IMG/VR virus record: IMGVR_UViG_3300020045_007673
Span: 1-59,716 of that record
From: a virus
Taxonomy: Duplodnaviria; Caudoviricetes
Direction: 5' to 3' (one strand)
Length of the DNA: 59,716 nucleotides
Shown here: one piece after another, positions 47,892 through 56,323 of the stretch
How the letters are laid out: every line of letters begins with the position of its first letter
How positions within the stretch are numbered: position 1 is the stretch's first letter
Made by a program: the position numbers and the translations under genes
The notes under the pieces: model-generated
The model's input: only the letters and a program-made list of their open reading frames with translations
Databases searched by the model: none
Told to the model about the DNA's origin: nothing

Positions 47892-47994
47892 TTTCGTTTC
47901 CTTTCAGTTATGCGTTATCGTGGAGTAACTTTACGCCCAAAATTGATAGTCCGCTAGTGGATATTTTTTGGATTTTGATAGTTTTTGACTATTT
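47892..47994 (-). repeat. 103-bp exact direct repeat, copy 2, at the strand-divergence point
   Basis: Identical to 30619-30721. Confidence 0.9.
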
Positions 47995-48050
47995 TGTTGT
48001 TGGGCGGTTTGCGGGTTAGAATTCGCGGCATACTAGATAATAGGAACGTT

Positions 48051-49565
48051 ATGATCTCGCTACGATATTATCAATCATCCGCCGTCGAAGCGGCTTGGGA
48101 AGCTATAAAACGAGGAGCTCACCCAGTACTCCAATTACCTACAGGCAGCGGAAAATCCATAGTGATTGCGGAACTATCCCGGCGAATTATCGAGCGAGGG
48201 GGAAGAGTATTAAATTGCACCCATAGTATGGAGTTGGTCGGGCAAAACGCGGAAGAATTCAAAAAGCTAACAGGTATAGAACCAGGAGTACTCTGTGCAG
48301 GATTAGAGCGCACCGATAAAGGGCACGACGTGCTATTTGCTTCTGTGCAATCTATACATCGCCCCGCCCAACGCGGAGAAATTCCCCCGTTTGATTTAAT
48401 CCAGATAGATGAATGTCACCTAGTCGCAGATAAGTTATCCAAAGCGAAATTCTACCCCACCTTATTTCGTAGTTTTCCGGAAGCCCAACGAGTAGGTTAT
48501 TCCGCTACCCCAAGTCGAGCGGGCATCGCGGTATATGGAGAAGATCGGTTTTTTACAGAGAGATGCTACGAGGTCTCCGTACTAGAGTTGGTTCATGAAG
48601 GATTTCTGTCACCCATTATCGGCGTGAATGCGTCCATTCAACTCGATATCGACAAGCTGAAGACTATAGCCGGTGAGTACGATCAGAAGTCTGTGGAAGA
48701 TCAGGAGACGGAGGCGTGGCTTTCGGCAGTAGCGGGCAGTGTCAAGGAACTCGCCAACGATCGTAAACATATCGCGGTGTTTTGCCCAACCGTTAAAGTG
48801 GCGGAGAATGCGGCAAGGGTATTTACGTCGGTGGGGTTAAATGCGGATTTCGTAGCAGCAGAAACCACCGACAGAGATGAGAAAATTATCGCGTGGAAAG
48901 ATGGAGCTTTTCCGGTTATGACAAGTGTGAATATATTGAGCACGGGGTTTAATTTTCCGAACCTGAACGCAATAGTTTGCATTCGGCCAACGAAATCTCA
49001 GGAACTTTGGCAACAAATTCTAGGTCGAGCCACGCGCATAGCTCCCGGAAAAAAGAATGCATTATTGCTCGACTATTCCGGCAACCTTTCATTACATGGA
49101 GGCATATGTGCCGGGATTGAAGAGGTTTATGAACAAAAACAAACGGGAGAAATTCTAAGGGGAGACGCAAAACCAAAGCCGCCAGCCCGTAAGGTCAAGA
49201 CGGTCAAGGAACTGACTGATCTTGATCCAATGATGGCCTCTCCAAAAGGAGTGAAGGTAAAGGTTAAGAGTATGACCTATCTCGTCATCAAAAGCGGTTC
49301 TCAGCCCGGCAAACACTTAGTGATGGCGGTTTATTCATGTGAACTTGGTAGTGGAGCTACCGTGGATTCTAGCGATTTCTTGATGGGGGAATACTCAGGG
49401 TACGCCTATGAAAAAACGGCCAAATGGTTTGCTCGGCGCGGAGTTACTGATTTTCCGAGACGAGCGCAGGACATGCACCACTTCTGTTTTTCTTTACCAG
49501 AACCAAGAGAAGTTACGATACGAAAGAACGGTAAATACATAAACGTACTTGCCGAACATTTTTGA
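48051..49565 (+). CDS. Superfamily 2 DNA helicase (RadD/Res-like)
   Basis: LR.YQ, PTGSGKS, DECH, SATP, LSTGF and Q.LGR.TR motifs. Confidence 0.85.
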   Translation: MISLRYYQSSAVEAAWEAIKRGAHPVLQLPTGSGKSIVIAELSRRIIERGGRVLNCTHSMELVGQNAEEFKKLTGIEPGVLCAGLERTDKGHDVLFASVQSIHRPAQRGEIPPFDLIQIDECHLVADKLSKAKFYPTLFRSFPEAQRVGYSATPSRAGIAVYGEDRFFTERCYEVSVLELVHEGFLSPIIGVNASIQLDIDKLKTIAGEYDQKSVEDQETEAWLSAVAGSVKELANDRKHIAVFCPTVKVAENAARVFTSVGLNADFVAAETTDRDEKIIAWKDGAFPVMTSVNILSTGFNFPNLNAIVCIRPTKSQELWQQILGRATRIAPGKKNALLLDYSGNLSLHGGICAGIEEVYEQKQTGEILRGDAKPKPPARKVKTVKELTDLDPMMASPKGVKVKVKSMTYLVIKSGSQPGKHLVMAVYSCELGSGATVDSSDFLMGEYSGYAYEKTAKWFARRGVTDFPRRAQDMHHFCFSLPEPREVTIRKNGKYINVLAEHF

Positions 49566-49633
49566 GCACAAGTAGAAAAAGAATTTATGTGAATTTTGTT
49601 TTGTAGGTCGAAGGTTTATAATTACAATCGCTC

Positions 49634-49729
49634 CTCCTGTAGCGCCGGGTAGCTCCCGGGTCTGAACCCTGCCCCTCACAAGGGGGCGGGAGTTCTTTTC
49701 AACTGCACGAGGCAGTCAAACTACAGGGG
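49634..49729 (+). promoter_or_regulatory. Structured 5' leader of the primase gene (four-way junction candidate)
   Basis: Closing stem 49634-42/49721-29 plus three internal hairpins. Confidence 0.5.
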
Positions 49730-49730
49730 A

Positions 49731-52241
49731 ATGGGAGATATGCCACAAGAAAAATCGAATGTCGTCGCGATGGAAGTCAAAAAGATATCCTCCGCGCAAG
49801 CGATGAAACGGCTACGTGAAGCCGAATACGATCAAGATAAACATAACGCTCGAATCAAAGCCTCCTACGAAGCACTGATACAAGCGGGTTTGCGCCCACT
49901 AGTCCTGAAGCCGGGTATCAAAGAACCCGTTAGCGAACTGGATGAAAACAAGAAAGTGATTCGCGGATGGGACGAACTCCCGCTACCCTCCCGAGACGAT
50001 TTTACCTCTCTTGATAACATTGGAATTCTCACCGGCGAAAAGGGAAACGGTGTTATCGATATCGACTGCGATATTGAAGATATGCGCGGCGTCATTGAAC
50101 GATTCCTCCCACTTACTCCTTTCAAGTTCGGTCGGTATTACGGCGGAGACGAACTAGTCATTACTCATTGGCTTTACCGCGTCACGGATTCCGGCAAAAT
50201 AGATACGCACGCTAAATCTCCAATCGCGGACGCTCGCGGTGCGTATCTATCTATCGAAGTTAGAAGTAACGGTAGCCAAACTATGGCTCCCGGCTCTACA
50301 ATTATTGACCACAAACGCGGGCACATTGTAGATAGCGTTCGGTGGACGGGTGATTCATTAACTCCACCCAAAGACAAACTCCCGGAAACGACCAGAGCGC
50401 ACCTTATAAAATGCGTCTATGTCGCCGTTATTTCCAAGTACTGCGCTCAATACTTCAAACCGGGCGCGTTCCACGTTGAAATGATGTGGTGGTGCGGGTT
50501 CTTAGTCTCTGCTGGTATTGAAGACGAATTGATTGAAAAATCCATTGAGTACCTCGTCGAGGTATCCGGGCAAGAAGATATCCAAGACCGTCGTACGTCG
50601 ATCAAGACCACTCGGCAACTCTACGAACAAGGGGAACAAGTCGCCGGTATCGGCTTCCTGAAACGCTCCGCAAATTGGTCGGCAGATATCCTCCGCTGGG
50701 CGGCGAAGATCATCAACGTCAGTCAAAAAGAGTTAGACGACGACCGCCCAACCGTGCGAATAGTCGCCTCCAAAGAACCGCAATGGAAAGAATTGACGCT
50801 CGAAGCGATGAGTCAAACGGAGGTATTCTACGAATCCTCCGACCAACTCTGCGTGGTGTGTAAGAAAAATGATCGCGCCCGTATATTAACCCTCGACAAT
50901 TCTACCAACGTGGGTTCCTGGGTCAGCGCCAAACTACGATTTGTAAAAGGCACACTCAACGATTCCACCGGCGTTATGGTGGATGAAGATATCAAATGTC
51001 CGCCCTCACTAGCCAAAGAACTCTCAGACCCCAAAACATCCAAAGAATACATCAAACCAATAAAAGGCATCTGTACCTCCCCCCTCATAACCCAAACCGG
51101 GCGGATAGTAGAAGATACTTGGGGCTACGATAACGAACTACAACTCTTCTTTGCCAGCGAATTCCAATATCAACCTATGTACGTTGATGAAGCAATTAAG
51201 ATATTTGAAGACGTAACACAAGACTTTCCATTTCTGAACTCCCGCTACAAAGCCTCCGCTATCGGGGCGATCATCACCGCCGTTATTCGTCGGGTGCTAG
51301 ACATCTGCCCCCTATTCGTCATAACCTCCTCGCAATACTCCGACGGCAAGTCCGTGCTAAGTGGGTTAATCGCGGCCTCTGTGGGCGTAGAAGCGTCTCT
51401 GGGGCAACTTACAAGAGGCGGCTCGGACGAAGAGCAAGAGAAGCAATTAAGCGCGATTCTATCTCGGGGTAGGAGTGTGGTTACGCTAGACAACCACGAC
51501 GGCGAATTCCGCTCATCCGCACTCACCGAAGCACTTACCTCCGTCAATCCGGAATTTCGTGTGCTTGGTAAAAACGAAACGCGCAGTGTTCCGAATACAA
51601 CGATGTTTATCGTGAATGGGGTTAATACCATTCCGGCGTTAGACCTCCAGACGCGTTCGGTATTTGTCCGTCTTGCGCGTACTTCGTTAGGGGTGGATAG
51701 AAAATTCAAACATGCGGACATCTGCGGGTATGCCTACGAAAATCGAGCGCGACTCGTTAGCGCGGCGATATCGCTAATAAAACACACGCTACATTCAGAA
51801 GATGGAAACTGGAAACCCAACCACCGATTCAAAATGTGGGATGTGATGGTTCGCAAAACCATTATGACGGTCTTCGGCGAAGATATCGCGCCGCCTGTAT
51901 CGGAAGATTCCGAACGCTCGATTGATCCGGTCGAAGAAGCCAAACACGAATTTTTCGACTGGGTTTGCTCACTATGGGATAGCGGAGTTAGAGATTCGAA
52001 ATTCAAAAACTGGATTCGCGGCAAAACACTCAGCGATATCGTCGCTCCGAATTCGCCACAAGAAGGATGGATAAATACCCTCTCAAAACGTCCAAATAAC
52101 GCTATCGACGTTAGGGTGGGGCGCTGTTTAAATATGATAAAGGATGTTCCCTACCTACACAACGGCGCTACAATTCGGCTAGTTGGGGCGGTAACTTGCG
52201 GCGTTTCTGTATATAAAATTGAGGTGCTCGGTGAAAAATGA
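49731..52241 (+). CDS. Bifunctional primase-polymerase with C-terminal ATPase/helicase-like domain
   Basis: NIGILTG, IDIDCD, HWLY and QTMAPGS Prim-Pol motifs. C-terminal ..GKS and LDN motifs. Confidence 0.75.
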   Translation: MGDMPQEKSNVVAMEVKKISSAQAMKRLREAEYDQDKHNARIKASYEALIQAGLRPLVLKPGIKEPVSELDENKKVIRGWDELPLPSRDDFTSLDNIGILTGEKGNGVIDIDCDIEDMRGVIERFLPLTPFKFGRYYGGDELVITHWLYRVTDSGKIDTHAKSPIADARGAYLSIEVRSNGSQTMAPGSTIIDHKRGHIVDSVRWTGDSLTPPKDKLPETTRAHLIKCVYVAVISKYCAQYFKPGAFHVEMMWWCGFLVSAGIEDELIEKSIEYLVEVSGQEDIQDRRTSIKTTRQLYEQGEQVAGIGFLKRSANWSADILRWAAKIINVSQKELDDDRPTVRIVASKEPQWKELTLEAMSQTEVFYESSDQLCVVCKKNDRARILTLDNSTNVGSWVSAKLRFVKGTLNDSTGVMVDEDIKCPPSLAKELSDPKTSKEYIKPIKGICTSPLITQTGRIVEDTWGYDNELQLFFASEFQYQPMYVDEAIKIFEDVTQDFPFLNSRYKASAIGAIITAVIRRVLDICPLFVITSSQYSDGKSVLSGLIAASVGVEASLGQLTRGGSDEEQEKQLSAILSRGRSVVTLDNHDGEFRSSALTEALTSVNPEFRVLGKNETRSVPNTTMFIVNGVNTIPALDLQTRSVFVRLARTSLGVDRKFKHADICGYAYENRARLVSAAISLIKHTLHSEDGNWKPNHRFKMWDVMVRKTIMTVFGEDIAPPVSEDSERSIDPVEEAKHEFFDWVCSLWDSGVRDSKFKNWIRGKTLSDIVAPNSPQEGWINTLSKRPNNAIDVRVGRCLNMIKDVPYLHNGATIRLVGAVTCGVSVYKIEVLGEK

Positions 52242-52260
52242 GCAAAAGTGGTCAAAATTT

Positions 52261-52540
52261 AACCCCACTGCGGTGGTTTTTGGCGAAAACGGGATTTTGT
52301 TTAAAAAACAAAGGGATATCGAAAATGGGTAGGAAGGAGCAGTGGGGTAAGTGGGGTGAAGTGGGGTGTTTCTCAGTACCTCAAAATTTCAAATTTATTT
52401 TTAAGAACTAGCTCTTCATTTCACCCCACTTACCCCACTACTAGTAGTATAATTACTTGTTTATAAAGAAATAAATTTTCTCTCTTACACCACTAATTAC
52501 TGCCCTGCTAACCCCACTGAAAACTAACTCACCCCACTAC
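52261..52540. other. Putative replication origin (or packaging site): iterons and AT-rich spacers
   Basis: Eight ACCCCACT/AGTGGGGT copies. Perfect 20-bp inverted repeat at 52341-52360/52420-52439. Confidence 0.6.
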
Positions 52541-52602
52541 TTCATAAAGCCACTATCGCAGCGTATGGTTATTATTCGGAACAAGTTGATCGGAGAAATA
52601 TC

Positions 52603-53670
52603 ATGACCGAAGGATACAAAATTTTGAGTTTGCCGGAGCATGATGAGAAAATCAAATTTGAGCTGAAAAGCTGCGCGCACCTATTACCGCTCAGCAAGCG
52701 CGAGCAGATTCAAAACGTGGTAAGTGGAATGTCGCCCTTGACCCGCGCGCGGATAGCGAAGTACCCCGACGGAAAAGGCGCAACGCTCGATTGGTTTAAT
52801 CCAACGATACTTACCGGCGAAGAACCAGAAGATCCAAAGTTCAACCTAGATTGGTGGAACAAGTTGGCGGTCAAGGACAAAGGTTACGCGGAAGAAATGA
52901 AGACCTTCTATGTCCGTGCGACACTGTTCGGCGATCAAGCTACTCGCGAGGACCTCGCTGTAACGTATAAGCCTGTAGATTTCTATGCCACCTTAACGAA
53001 AGATACCGCGCTCGACTGGTATTACGGATTACCGGCTCATCTTCGCGCCAAAACGGACGAGGAGGTGAAAAAACAGCCAAACCCACGTAACGCCACACGC
53101 AAAGATAACGAGGCGCTATGGGACGCAGTGGCCCATTTCTGGGGGGATCGTCCGGCGTTGAAGTGGTACGTGGAAGAAGAGAAGGGGAGAGTAACGAGTA
53201 TAGAACCTGCCAGCAATGAAGCGCTGGAAGTGTATCGTCGTTGGGGGTACGAATATCAACAGGAGACGATTCGCGCTGTAGTGTTGTCGTATGGTCCGTC
53301 TATCCAACGAGAGCGGAAGATGCTCAATGAGGTAATGGGCCTCAACGTAGATAGCGACGGCCTGCCGAACCAGGCGGACGGATTGGACCCCACCACGGCG
53401 GCGACGGTACGGTGGTTGCAATCTACGGGAGAGCTCCCCCTGGAATTTTTAGCCAAGACCTATCGTAGTGAAGATGCGAAGATGAGTGACCGACTGACCG
53501 CCGCCCGGACGATGATGGATTTTGTCCATCGCCGCGTGCCGACAAAAACCGAGACGGAAACCAAGGGCGTTACCGAGCCGAAGCTGTCCGCGAACGTGCT
53601 CAAGAGCCTGGATGCGAAAGAGCTTGAACTGCTGGAAAAGCTGTTGCTGAAACTAAGTAACAATGGCTGA
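52603..53670 (+). CDS. Terminase small subunit-like protein with long N-terminal extension
   Basis: Overlaps the terL start. C-terminal PLEFL...R...RL.AA.....VH motif. Confidence 0.55.
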   Translation: MTEGYKILSLPEHDEKIKFELKSCAHLLPLSKREQIQNVVSGMSPLTRARIAKYPDGKGATLDWFNPTILTGEEPEDPKFNLDWWNKLAVKDKGYAEEMKTFYVRATLFGDQATREDLAVTYKPVDFYATLTKDTALDWYYGLPAHLRAKTDEEVKKQPNPRNATRKDNEALWDAVAHFWGDRPALKWYVEEEKGRVTSIEPASNEALEVYRRWGYEYQQETIRAVVLSYGPSIQRERKMLNEVMGLNVDSDGLPNQADGLDPTTAATVRWLQSTGELPLEFLAKTYRSEDAKMSDRLTAARTMMDFVHRRVPTKTETETKGVTEPKLSANVLKSLDAKELELLEKLLLKLSNNG

Positions 53671-56284
53671 AGTCGCGCCGATCATACTGCTGGATGCCGT
53701 TCGCCGGGAGCGGGAGACTCGCGCTGCCGAAAAATCATTGATTGAATTCACAAAACAGGCTTTCTCTATCATCGAGCCTGGTGTGACGTTTGTTGATAAT
53801 TGGCACTTGCACGCCATAGCGGAACATTTGGAAGCAGTTAGTGATGGGGAGATTGATAACCTTGTGATTAATATTCCTCCGGGATGCATGAAATCAATAT
53901 TGGTTTCTGTGGCGTGGCCCGCATGGGAGTGGATCGAAGATCCTAAATTACGCTACATGGGTGCATCATATGGGTCAGATCTATCAATACGTGACTCTAT
54001 GAAGTGTCGGGATATCGTATTGAGTGAGTGGTATCAACATCGTTGGCCACAGGTTCAGATTAAAGCCGGAAGTGATCAGAAAACCAAATACGACCTCGTG
54101 TCCGGAGGATGGAGAATGGCGACATCCACTGGGGGGCGAGCGACTGGAGAACACCCGGATAGAAAGATTGTGGATGACCCTCTAACCGCGTCTCAGGCAG
54201 ACTCTGACGCCGAAAGAGAGTCTGCCAACGTTTGGTTTGATCGCACTCTATCCACTCGCGGAGAGTCCCGAGGGGCGCGTACCGTCGTAGTAATGCAACG
54301 CCTACACGAAAAAGATATCACTGGGCACATTCTTACGGACTTGGCCGGATATGAACACTTGTGCCTACCGATGGAGTACGACGGTCGTCGATCAGTAACT
54401 TGTATTGGATGGGAAGATCCACGCACTACGGAAGGCTCTTTGCTTTGGCCAGAGATGTTCCCTGCCGATAAACTTAAAAAGCTCAAGCGCCTCCTCGGTG
54501 AATACGGGACTTCTGGCCAGCTTCAGCAGCGTCCGTCCCCAGCTGGCGGCGGTATCCTCAAGGTATCCCACTTTCAACGCTGGCCCGCGAAGGATGAACT
54601 CCCCGCGTTCGACTACATCGTTCAATCCCTCGATTGCGCATTCAGCGAGAAGACTACCAACGACCCTACCGCATTCGGTGCGTTCGGCGTGTTCTCGCAC
54701 AAGGGTAAGCGGGGCGTGATGCTACTCGATTGCTGGTCAGAGCATCTCGGCTATCCCGACCTCCGCGCCAAGGTGTTGGACGAATGGCATTCGGTGTATG
54801 GCAAGACCGGACAGCGGAAGGGCAAGAAAGCCGATGCCGTATTGATCGAGGCCAAAGCGAGCGGACAGTCGTTGATTCAGGACTTACGACAAGCGAACAT
54901 TCCCGCGATTCCATACAATCCGGGCAACGCGGATAAGGTCAATCGCGCTCACCAAGCCTCACCCATTCTTGAATTAGATTGCATATGGATACCCGAGAGC
55001 GCAAAGAACCCTGGTGAGTTTGTGACGTGGGCTAGGCCGTTCATCAGCCAACTTGAGCGCTTCCCGAATGACGAGCACGATGATTTTTGCTTCGTCGGAA
55101 ATACAAAAATAAGAAAGGCAGACGGTCTGGGAATTGACATAATGCACCTTTCGCCTGGTGATTTTGTTGATACTCCGTCTGGCCCTTGCCGCGTGCTTTC
55201 TGCTGGGTGTAGCAATCCTTCAGCAGAAGTGCTTGAGGTTAGGCTATCAAACGGAATTTCTCTTGTTGGCACGAAAGATCATCCGGTTTATATCCCAGCG
55301 CTTGCGGCATTTGTCGCGCTTGGGCAACTCATAGAAGGGGATGAACTATGCGTGTCGTCGAGGTTGTTCGATACAGAGGAGTTAATTACCGCAGATATCC
55401 GTATAGTTCGAGCGCTGCCATATCTAGATATTTTTATGGGAAGCGTGAAGGAAAGAATGAAGCGCTGCATCGGGTTGTTTGGGCAGACAATCACGGGGAG
55501 ATACCAAAGGGTAAGCAAGTGCATCACAAAGACGGCAACCCTGCGAACAACTCGATTGAAAATCTTGAATGCCTTACGTCGGCTGAACATGGAGAAAGGC
55601 ATCAGAAAGACGACGCTTCACCAAGAACAATATACGTTAGAGAATGGAACAAGAAAAACAAAAAGCCAAAGGAAAAGGTTAAGCCTAGCCTCTTCTCATG
55701 CGCAAGATGCGGCGAAGAGTTTGCTTCGCTTCAAACAGACAGGGCTAAGTTTTGTTCAACAAAGTGCCGCGATTTGTTCCATTCCGGCGGAAAAAAAGAG
55801 TATTGCTGCGCCGTTTGCGGAGTTTTGTTTCTTTCCGCTACGGTGGCTGTCGCCTGTTCGCCAGAGTGCAGGAAAGAGTATCGCCGCAGACGAGAGCAGG
55901 AAAGGCACGCAATCCGGTACATGCCAAGAGATAAAAAACAATATCAAAAGCAATGCGGAGAATGTGGAAAGCCATTCGCTACAGAAGAGCATCTGGCGCG
56001 CTACTGTTCCTCCGCTTGCCGCATTGCAAAAAAGCGAAACGACGCGCGTGCTTTGGGTCAAAAGAAAAACCAAACGTGAGCCAGTATATGCAGTAAAAGT
56101 TGAAGGGAATCCCGTGTTTTTCGCTAACGGGGTTCTAGTGCATAACTGCGATATTTTTTCGCAGTGCATGATCTACCTCCGCGATAGCGGTTGGCTTGAA
56201 ATGCCGCAAGCCGCCGAAGATGAACCCGAAGAGGTGGATTATTACAACAAAAAGCGGAATAGCTTTAACCCTTACTCGGCTTGA
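53663..56284 (+). CDS. terL: Terminase large subunit containing an intein
   Basis: INIPPGCMKS, IVDDP, VMQRLHE.D, QS.D.AF and IEAKASG motifs. The HDDF|CD nuclease motif is split by the intein. Confidence 0.9.
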   Translation: MAEVAPIILLDAVRRERETRAAEKSLIEFTKQAFSIIEPGVTFVDNWHLHAIAEHLEAVSDGEIDNLVINIPPGCMKSILVSVAWPAWEWIEDPKLRYMGASYGSDLSIRDSMKCRDIVLSEWYQHRWPQVQIKAGSDQKTKYDLVSGGWRMATSTGGRATGEHPDRKIVDDPLTASQADSDAERESANVWFDRTLSTRGESRGARTVVVMQRLHEKDITGHILTDLAGYEHLCLPMEYDGRRSVTCIGWEDPRTTEGSLLWPEMFPADKLKKLKRLLGEYGTSGQLQQRPSPAGGGILKVSHFQRWPAKDELPAFDYIVQSLDCAFSEKTTNDPTAFGAFGVFSHKGKRGVMLLDCWSEHLGYPDLRAKVLDEWHSVYGKTGQRKGKKADAVLIEAKASGQSLIQDLRQANIPAIPYNPGNADKVNRAHQASPILELDCIWIPESAKNPGEFVTWARPFISQLERFPNDEHDDFCFVGNTKIRKADGLGIDIMHLSPGDFVDTPSGPCRVLSAGCSNPSAEVLEVRLSNGISLVGTKDHPVYIPALAAFVALGQLIEGDELCVSSRLFDTEELITADIRIVRALPYLDIFMGSVKERMKRCIGLFGQTITGRYQRVSKCITKTATLRTTRLKILNALRRLNMEKGIRKTTLHQEQYTLENGTRKTKSQRKRLSLASSHAQDAAKSLLRFKQTGLSFVQQSAAICSIPAEKKSIAAPFAEFCFFPLRWLSPVRQSAGKSIAADESRKGTQSGTCQEIKNNIKSNAENVESHSLQKSIWRATVPPLAALQKSETTRVLWVKRKTKREPVYAVKVEGNPVFFANGVLVHNCDIFSQCMIYLRDSGWLEMPQAAEDEPEEVDYYNKKRNSFNPYSA
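55088..56146 (+). mobile_element. Intein (353 aa) in the TerL nuclease active site
   Basis: Block A CFVGNT, block B GTKDHPV, block F VYAVKV, block G ANGVLVHN, and +1 Cys. Confidence 0.9.
55348..56079 (+). CDS. HNH homing endonuclease with Zn-finger repeats, out of frame inside the intein
   Basis: LHRVVW...G.IP.G.QVHHKDGN..NN..ENLE...H, then three CxxC/CS..C modules. Own RBS GAAGGGG. Confidence 0.85.
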   Translation: MRVVEVVRYRGVNYRRYPYSSSAAISRYFYGKREGKNEALHRVVWADNHGEIPKGKQVHHKDGNPANNSIENLECLTSAEHGERHQKDDASPRTIYVREWNKKNKKPKEKVKPSLFSCARCGEEFASLQTDRAKFCSTKCRDLFHSGGKKEYCCAVCGVLFLSATVAVACSPECRKEYRRRREQERHAIRYMPRDKKQYQKQCGECGKPFATEEHLARYCSSACRIAKKRNDARALGQKKNQT

Positions 56285-56323
56285 TATATAATAGCGAAAA
56301 ACTATCGCCAAGGAAGCTAGTCT

